Positions 46,901-55,900 of a stretch of DNA of 64,000 nt are shown here, piece by piece. Under the pieces are notes generated by a model. The model had not been told where the DNA came from. It did not search any database and saw only the letters and a list, made by a program, of their open reading frames with translations. The stretch lies in IMG/VR virus record IMGVR_UViG_3300046798_000046. One strand, written 5' to 3'. Each line of letters opens with the position of its first letter. Position 1 is the stretch's first letter. Origin of the DNA: an uncultured virus (IMG/VR IMGVR_UViG_3300046798_000046). Lineage: Duplodnaviria > Heunggongvirae > Uroviricota > Caudoviricetes. A program made the position numbers and the translations under genes.

Positions 46901-49900
46901 AGTCCTCCTGGAATGCCTGGGCCACATCCGCGAAGTCGGTCAGCCCTGCTTCATCATAAGCGTCGAGCATTTCCAGCATCCGCGTGACCGTCTCCATGTT
47001 GATCGGCTGGCTGGGTTCGCCTTGATACAACACCTTGGGCGGCTCGCTCGGCTTGATGCTTTGCGCGATCTGTCTGGCGCGTTCGCGGGCGGCGGCCTTC
47101 GCCGCATCGGCGGGCGCCGCCTTGGGTTTGGCGGCCTCCTCCGTGGTCTGCCATGTGGCGGCTTTCCCGCCCGTGCGGTCAGTCTGGTAGGTCACCCCCT
47201 CGCGGGTCGGCACCACCTGGACGCTCTCGATGGACCGCACGCCGTTCTTGACGATCGACCGGACGCCGCGCGCATCCTGGTAGAGCGTGTCGCCCGCCGC
47301 GTTCGTTCCGATGGCGGTCCACATCTCGACCGGGGACGGCGCCACCTTGGGCTTCGCTTTCGCCTTGGGCGGCGGCTTGGCCTCCTTGGCCTCGGCGGCG
47401 TCTTCGGCGGCCATCCGGTCAGCGCGGGTCACGATGCGATCGAAGAGCGCCCGGACTTCAGGCGTCAGTGCGGCCTCGTCGAAGTAGGCCCGGATCTTCG
47501 CGTAAATCTCGCTCAACCACGCGCGGAACTGATCGAACAGCCCCTGGAGCTTGGCGTTCGGCGCCTCGCCGTCTTTCAGATACGCCTCGAAACCCTTGGC
47601 GAACTTCTCTTCGGCTTCGGTGGTCCAGACGCCCTTGTGGGCGCCCGCCCACTTCTCAATCAAGTCGATGTCGGCGTAGTTGATGCCGCGCCGTTGCTCG
47701 GGCTTCAGGCTGGCGTCCAGCAGGAATCGGCGCACCGCATGGGCCATCTCATGCACCGCCGAGGACACATCCGGCGCGTGCAGCGCACGAATCAATCCCT
47801 GGCCGCCTTCGATGACCTCGAAGCTCGCCCGCTCGCCCTGGAAGAGCGGGAGGCCGCGCGTCAGGATGTCCGACCGCAGCCCTGCCGACAGCGGCAGGAC
47901 GTGGATCATGTTCCGGCGCGGAGATTCCACCATGAACCCGCCGAAGACCTCAGCCAGGGCACCATTGCCATAGCGCGTCATCGCCTGATCGAACGTCGTG
48001 CCGCCTTCGACCGCGTCACGGACCTCGATCGCCGAATCGCGGACAGAACTCCGTCCGATGGGGGAATCCAGTCGTGCGCCGGTAATCGGACTGATGTACG
48101 TCTCGGCAGATTGCCGCGAGAGCGCGATGATGTCGTTCAGTTGTTGGGCCGTGACGGGCTGTCCCACGTACCGCTGGTGCGTCCAATCCTTGTAGGCAAC
48201 TTCCGCCCGGTCGGCTTTGACGCCATGCGGCTTGCCGATGGCGTCCGCAAACTTCGGGATGACCTTGTCGTAGAGATTGACGGCCCAGTCGCCGCCGATT
48301 TCCAGGCCCTTGCCCTGCACGGCCCCTTCCGGCTCTCCCAGGATTTTCTCCGCGAGCGCCTTGCCGATTACCTTCGCCAGTGTGGTCTTCTGGAATTTCT
48401 TCGGACCCCCGACGATCTGACCATCTGGAGCCACAAAGAGGAGCACGCTGCCGCCGTGCTTGATCTGGATGTCCAGTCGCTGCGAGGGCGGCGTGTCCTC
48501 ACCGGTGACCATCGCGGGACCCCAATGAATCGAATCGACGGCCTGCCGCAGACTGTACCGCCGCTGCTGGATCTCCCCGTTTGACCACGCCACTTGACCG
48601 TAGTTGCGCTCGGCGGCGTAGGCCACGATCCGCTTCAGCGCCAGATTCGCCCACTCCGACGAGTCCACGAACGGGGCGGGCGACACCGTCCCGGTGCTGA
48701 TGCTCGTCCAGCCCGTGCCGTCCTTGGTCGCAAAGCCCTTGTCGCGGCCTTCGCGTGCCCAATCGCTCTGGAACTCCTCGACGTACAGCGTCCGCACGCC
48801 GTTGATGATCCGGTCATGGACCCGCATGTGCGCCAGGACGTTCGGCGCGTCCTCCCAGTGCGATGCCTCGAAGTCGGGAGGCACCCGCATCCGGCGCAGG
48901 TCTTCAACCTGCATGTTGATCCAGGCGGCCTCACGTTCGTGTCTCGCCTCCAACGCTCGAACGTCCTCTCCGCGCGCCTTGGCCGCGAGACGCTCGGCGA
49001 ACATGCTCATCCGTCGCGCACGGAAATTCTCAATCGCCCGATTCCGCGAGGCTTCTCCCGCGCTGGGCTTCGTGAGCAGGATTTCCCGGTAGTTCGTGCC
49101 ACCAGCAATCTGGTACGTCCCGTACTTCGTGTCGTTGACATGGTCGTTCTGGAGGACGTTCAGCGCGTCGTCAGCCTCGCGCGGCAGGTTGTCGTGATCG
49201 ACCGCATCGGCGGCCCGCCGGTCGGGGTCGCTCCATTCCAAGTAGGGCGGATCCTCGGGCGTGTCCTGCACCACGTCGAATCCAAGATCGTTGAGCGTCT
49301 GGATCGCCGCCTCGCGCGTCTCTTTGCTCGCTTCCTCGGATTTGATGACCTCGTTGACCTCGATCGGATTCCGATCAAGGAATGCCTGGGCCTCGGCGCG
49401 GGTGACGGACTGGAGCGCCCCCAGCCACTCGGTCAGCCCGGTCCACTTCGCCTCGTCCATCGCCCCCCTGAACTTGCCCAGGTGCGCGAGCAGTTGCGCG
49501 GGCGTGCCCTTGTTCTGCCACGTTTCGAGGGCCTTCTCGGCGTTCGAGTAATACCAGCGCCGGAGCTTGGTCGCGTTCTCAGGGGTGCCCTGGTAGAGCA
49601 CGCTGGGGGCCGCCGTGGCGGGCACCTCGGCGATGCGGATCGCGTCTTCCGGGGCGATGTTCTCGGTCGTGAACGGCGCGGCCAGGGTGCGCTGCGCGGG
49701 CGTCAGGTCCTTCCGCGCTTCCACATCGCGCGCTTCAATCTCGCCGGAAATCAGGCGGTATAGTTCGTGCGCGCCGCCTGCACGATTGATGACTTTCTCG
49801 ATGTCAGCGCGTTTCCCCGCTTGAAGCGTAACGATGTCCTCCTGGGTCTTTTGCACCCGGGCCAGCGTGCGCGCCAAACTTCCCTTCGACTTCTCAATCG

Positions 49901-52900
49901 CTTCGTTGATCCCCCCGTGGTAGCCAATCTCAAAGGCGTACTTGCTGGCGGGCGAGTCCTTGAGCGCCTCTTGAACTGCCCTCTGCGCCGCCTGCTTCTG
50001 TTCGCTATGAGCGTCCCCTTCCGGCGTCATCCAGAAGTTGCCCTCGGCGCCTGGGTTCTTCTGGTAGGCGTTGTAGGCGATGGTGCCAGCGGCATCGGCC
50101 TGCTTCACTTGGGCGGCGAGCGCATTGATGTCCCGGCGCTTCGCCCAGGGGATCTGCTCGGCCGCGACGATCAGGTTCTTATCGACCTGAATGGCCTTCG
50201 CGAGGTCGTCCAGGCGTTCCTGCAAGACCGTGATGGCCTTCTCCGTCGCTTTCTTGACCAGTGCCTCTGGCGCCTGCGTGATCCCCATGGCCGCGTTGCC
50301 GCCTGAGTCAAAGCCCTCGATGTGCTGAATCGCGTGCTGAATCTCATGCAGCAGCGTGGAGCGCGGATCGTCGGCGTAGGGGGTGACGTTGATGGTGGCT
50401 TTGTCGTGGTTGTACCAGCCCTGGAGACCGCCGAAGATGTCAAAGAATCCCGGTTGCCGGATGACCTGGATCTGCGCCAACTGCGGGTAGAGCGCGAACA
50501 GGTCCGGCGCGTCCAGGGCCTCGCCCAGCGGCAGCGTCTTCTTGTTCCCCATGATGGGGGACGGCTCCAGGGTGTTGAACGCCGGGGTCAGAGACACACC
50601 GCTGTCGTTGGTCTCGTACCGGAGCTTGCCGTCGTAGGGACCCTCGAACCAGCCCGTGACCGCACGGATGTCTTCGGGGGATTTCCCCGCCATTGCCATG
50701 GCTCGCGCGGTCATCAGGCCCGCCCGGGCCTGCGCGGCGTGCTGCGCCTTGATGCCGACGTACTGGTTCAAGGCCCCGGACCCTGGCGTCCCGCCCTTGG
50801 TCACGAGCAGTTGCGCCTTGAAGTCTTCGCCGATGGAATCCGCCAGGGCCTCCACCGCCGCCGCCTGCTCATCCGTAAGATCGAACGCTTCCTTGATCGC
50901 GGAGGCCGTCAAGGGGAGGCGCGGGCCTTCCTCTACCGTCTTGGCACCGGTGCTCGCGCCCGGGGCGGGCGGGGCGTTTGGATCGACGACGATGCCCTTG
51001 TAGGTGCCGTCGCGCTCGATGCCGCCGAGCGTGCGCCCATGCGTCATCCCGGCCAGGATGTCGGCGTCCTCCAGGTATTCCGGGCCGAAGTGGCCGACCT
51101 CGGTGACGACCCCCCAGGTCGGCGTGTCATGCCAGAGCAGCTTGACGCGCGCCCCGACCGGAGTGGCATTGGTGACCGCCGCCCCGCCCGCCGCGATGAT
51201 GCGCTGCCGCTCTTCTTCTTGCGCTTGGTCGTGCCCCGCCTCGGCGGCCTCTCGCTCGCGCTTGAGGGCTTCCTCCCGGTCCTCTCTGGCCTTCCTCATG
51301 CGCGCGAGCGCCGGGTCCTTGACGACGGTCCATTCAAGATCCAGCGGATAGGTCTTGCCCGCCGGAGCGCCGCCGCCACCCAAGAGCGAGGCCGATCCGG
51401 TCCCTCTGACACGCAGGCCGTTCGACCCCTGGTAGACCTCGCCGTAGATGTGGGCGCCCGTGCCCGCGAAACCGGGAACGACCTGGAACACCTTGTCGCC
51501 GACGATCGGCTCCAGGCGCCCGTCTATTCTCAGCTTCCGGCCTGTGAAGTCAGGCTCGATCGCCTTGGCCCCTTCGGCGGGCGCTTCGGGCACAAGGACC
51601 CATCGGTTGTCCTCGGTGCGCGTGATGATGCCGTCCTGCTCCATCCGCGACACCATGTCGGCCATGCGTTTCTCGGTCAGGCCGAATTGCTGTCGGAGGG
51701 TGGGGATAGAAACGGTGCCGTTCTTGAGCTTGGTCGCGCGAGCGGCCTCAACAAGCTGCGGGTACGGATCGGTTATTTCGCCGGTCTTCAGCTTGTCGAT
51801 TTCTCTCCCCGCGAACTTCTCGCTCGATTCGGTCTTGCGGCTCGGCCCCGCGTTCCAGCGCACGATGACGGCATCGCCAGCCACGGACGTGATCGTACCG
51901 GTGTCTCTGGGGTTGTCCGCGTGCCAGACGGCATCGCCGACGTTCAGGCCGTGGAGCGACATCCCGGACTGCGTCGTCGAAACCGGCTTCTCGCCCGGAG
52001 CGGTCAGGCCGAAGCCGACATCGCCCAGCGCGGGCTGTTCGACCTCCAGGTCGCGCACCGCGCCCACCTCCCCAGGCAGGCGAGGCTGTTGTTCGCCGGT
52101 GTCGAGGGTGTCTACGACTTCGCCGGGGCTTTCAGCGCCCGCTTGGCGGCCTTCTTCCACAGTTGCCGCAGCGCGTGTTGCGCCTTCGCTACGTCCTCTT
52201 TGGATCGTTGCTTCTGGCGTGCCAAGGCGCCGGGCAACATCGGGCGCGAGGTTCCCCGTGCTGATGGCGTGCGCGATGGCGTCGTTGAGGGCGAGGTCGA
52301 GGGCGTCTCGGGTGGCATAGTGGTCCGCTTTCTCCTGTAGCCACGCCATGTCGCGCGTGGGCGTCTCGGGCACGCTGTTGTCGATGATCTTGAAGTCTGG
52401 CGCGGGGAACTCGTGCTGGAACCGATCGTTCAGCGTCAGTACGGTGCGCGGCGCGTTGAAGTGGGACGTGACGTGCGCGGCCAGATCCGTCAGGCGGCCA
52501 TCCTCGGGATTGGTGGCGCGTGTCACCACGCCACTGAGGAAGGCGTCGATCGGATCGCGGTACACGAAAAGGACATCGACCGACCGGCCCGAGAGGATCG
52601 CGTTGTGGATGTTCCGGCTCGCATCCGACAGGGATTCCATCGTCGAGTCCAGGCCGATGACCCCAGCGTGCGCGATGGCGTCAAAGACCTCCGACTTGCC
52701 GGAAGCGGTGCCGCCGCCGCTGAGACGCACCGTATCGTTGGCCTCCGTGAGCGGGAGGTCCAGGGCCTGCTCGAATCCTGCTTGGGCCAGTTCCTCGGCG
52801 CTCGATTGCACGGCCTCCTGGTTGGCCCACCGGTGGCCCTCACTGTGCGCGCCGAGCAGATCGGCCATGCGATCGATGGTGAAGATGTGCCCGTGCTGCG

Positions 52901-55900
52901 CGACGTATTGCGCCAGGAGGTCGCGCCACGTCCCGCTGACCCGCCGAATCGTCTCCAGTTCCTTGACTTCGGACGGCTGTCCGGTCATCGCCGGACGGAT
53001 GTAGATTTCCCCCGGGACCGATCCCGCCGAGGGCGGCAGGACCATGCCGTGGTGCAGCGTGTCGTCGCGGCCCGACGTGGCCTCCGCAATGCGCGCCCGG
53101 GCCTGCTTCAGGGCATCCAGGACGATGGCCGACGCGCGGGGACTGCCGTCCACGTAGCTCTTGAGTGCCCGCCGGATGGCATAGCCCGTGCGCTTCGCGT
53201 CCTGAAGGTTGTTGTAGATCGGGGCATTCGCTTCGCGCGGGGCCGCCAGGATCTCCTGGTCCACGTCGGTGGTCCACCACGGGACCATGGCCCGTCCGGG
53301 CTGGTCGTACTTGAACTCGTCCAGTTCGGTCAGGATGTGGCGCACCGCGCGCTGCTCGATGGGCAGCAATTCGCTGAAGGATCGCGGAGCGTTCTCGCGC
53401 TCGTACCGCGCGAGCAGCTTCTGATGCCGAGTCTTAGTCTCTTGCGGCGTCTCGGTCGGCGCGGGTTCAGTTGTGTCGGGCGTCTCGGTCGGCGCCCCGG
53501 GCTGACCAGCCGCCGCCTCTTGCGCGGCCTTCCTCGCCAGGAGTTTGGCGGCGAGTTCCGCGCGCTTCGCGGCCTTCTCATTCCCTGGGGCCGCTGCCGT
53601 CGTCGCCGCCGCTGTGGGAGCCGCCCCGCCCGTCAAGGGAATCTCGTGCAACTGCCCATCGGACGTAGAGAAGGTGAGGCGGTCCAGCGTGAGCTTGTTG
53701 CCCTCGACCGTCTTGAACCCGGCGAACTCCTGGCCGCGCCCGGGAGTGACGTAGGCCAAGGTGATGTGCGGGACGTAGTCCGGGTGCGTGTCCTCGTGCG
53801 GCAGCGCCTCGGCGATCTTGGCGTTCAACCGGTGGAGGTCCGGCGAGGCCAGATCAATCTTGACGACATCGCCGTTGTCGTCTTTGCCGCTCGGAAAGAA
53901 CGAAGTCTTGCCCAAGGTGACCGTAATCGGCGGCTCATCCTTGAGCACCTTCCGGACGGCCTCGACATCGTCCGAGGTCAGGCCGTACTTCACCGTGACG
54001 TGCGGGTTGGCTTCCCGGCCCTCGCCGTGCAGGGCATCCTCGGGCACGATGAGTCGGCCCACTTCCCGGATGAGGCCAGCGGTCGGTTCCGGAAGGTCGG
54101 CCTGCGTGGAGGCGAATTTGTGCGGCTCGCCCGTCTCGATCGGCTCGGCAGGCGTGGCGACCGGCTCGGCGGCGGGCGTTTCTTCGGTCGGCGCCACGGT
54201 CGCCGGGGGCGCGGGAGTGGGCGCAGGAATGACCTGCCGGTTCCCGTCCTGGTCGGGCGCCGTGATCACGCCTTCCGCTTCCATCCGGTCCAGAATTTCG
54301 TGGGCCTGCGCCGTCTTGACCCCCAAGGCGAACTGGATCGTGCGGGCCGTGGGGCTGTTGGCGGCGAGCACCGCCGTGACGGCGTTCTGGTACCGCTCCT
54401 GCTCGAAGTCGCTCAGAGGAGGAAGTTCCCTGGTGGGCACCCCCACCACCCCGGGACCGCCGGGCTGCGGCGGCATTTCGACCCCGGCCCCGCCCGCCCC
54501 TGGAGGACGGGGCTGACCGCCTGGAGCCGCGAACTCGAAGCCTTCCGGAGCTTGCGGAGACGGCACGGCACCCGGGCGGTTCCCGATCCGAGGGCGCGGC
54601 CCGGTGGCGCTCGGCGCGTGTTCTTCGGGTCCCAGCCGCTCCAAGACCTGCGTGCCCGCGCCCATCGCCGCGCCCGTGACCATGCCCAGGACAGCGGCCT
54701 CGCTGACGCCTTCGTCCCAGGACTTGCCGTTCGCAATGTTGGTCGCGATCTGTTCCTGGATGGACTGGGTGAACTCCTCGAACCCGCCCTCCTGGATCAT
54801 GCTGTAGACGATGGCCTTGACCAGCCCCCGCCGCGCCGCCTTATCGACGTAGGCGCCCGCCAGCATGGAGTCCACGTCTCCGATGCCGAGCATGTTGGCG
54901 ACCTTGCCGCTGACGGCACCGATGACGCCGGTCAGGGCGCCAGACCCGCCCGCCAGGGCGGTTTGCCCAAGGGTCGTGGTCCGCTGGGGATCCGCTTGGC
55001 GGATCTGTTCTTCCTGCTGGGCCGCCGTGACCGCGCCTTCACCGATGCCGCCTGCCCCCGCTGCCAGGAGCGCCGCCACTTTGGCCGCCCGTTGCGACTT
55101 CGGCAGGTATTTGAGCGCCGCCCATTCCGCGCCCGCCCCGACGGCCTCGCCCACGCCGCCGCCCACGATCATCGTAGGCAAGGACCCGCCAATTGAGGAC
55201 GCGATCACTTCGGGGTTCTTGAGAATGGCGATGGCTTTCGCGACCATGCCATCGGCCCGCCCCACGGCCTCCTGGGCAAACTTCAAGCGTTCCGAGGGCG
55301 GATTGAGCCGATCGAACTCCTCCCGCGCTTTGTCGGTGCTGATGCCGAAGTAATCGAGGAGCTTGCCCACGCGCCCAGCGGTCGCGAGGTCAGCAGCGCC
55401 GATGGCGAGTTCAGGGACGCCGATCAGCATCTCCCGGCCGAACGAGCCAAGGGCGCTTTCGTAGAGGTCCTTGCCGACCTCGCCCCAGGTGCGCGTCCCA
55501 GGGCCGAGGTGGGTCTCGGTCCCTGGAGACAACCGGGACACCATCGGCTGACCGATGTGCGCCTCGGTGCCAGGAGACAACTGCGACGTGGTCGTCGAAT
55601 ACCGGCGGAAGTCGGGAGCCGCGAGATGGTCTTCTCTGCCCACCGGCTTCGGCGCGGGACCGAGATGCGCTTCGGTCCCTGGCGAGAGCCGAGAGGTGGT
55701 CGTCGGATACGCGGACCCAGGCTTCGGCTCGGGACCGAGGTGGGTCTCGGGGACCGGGTAGAGCTTGGTGTCGAACGCCCCTTCGGCGTAGAGCTTGTGC
55801 AGGTTCTCCGCGTAGGCGGTCGCGTGCGCGGGGGTATCGAAGATGCCGAGATGCTGCTTGGTCTTGTGGTACTCGGCGATCGCCTGCGCGTTGGTCAGGA

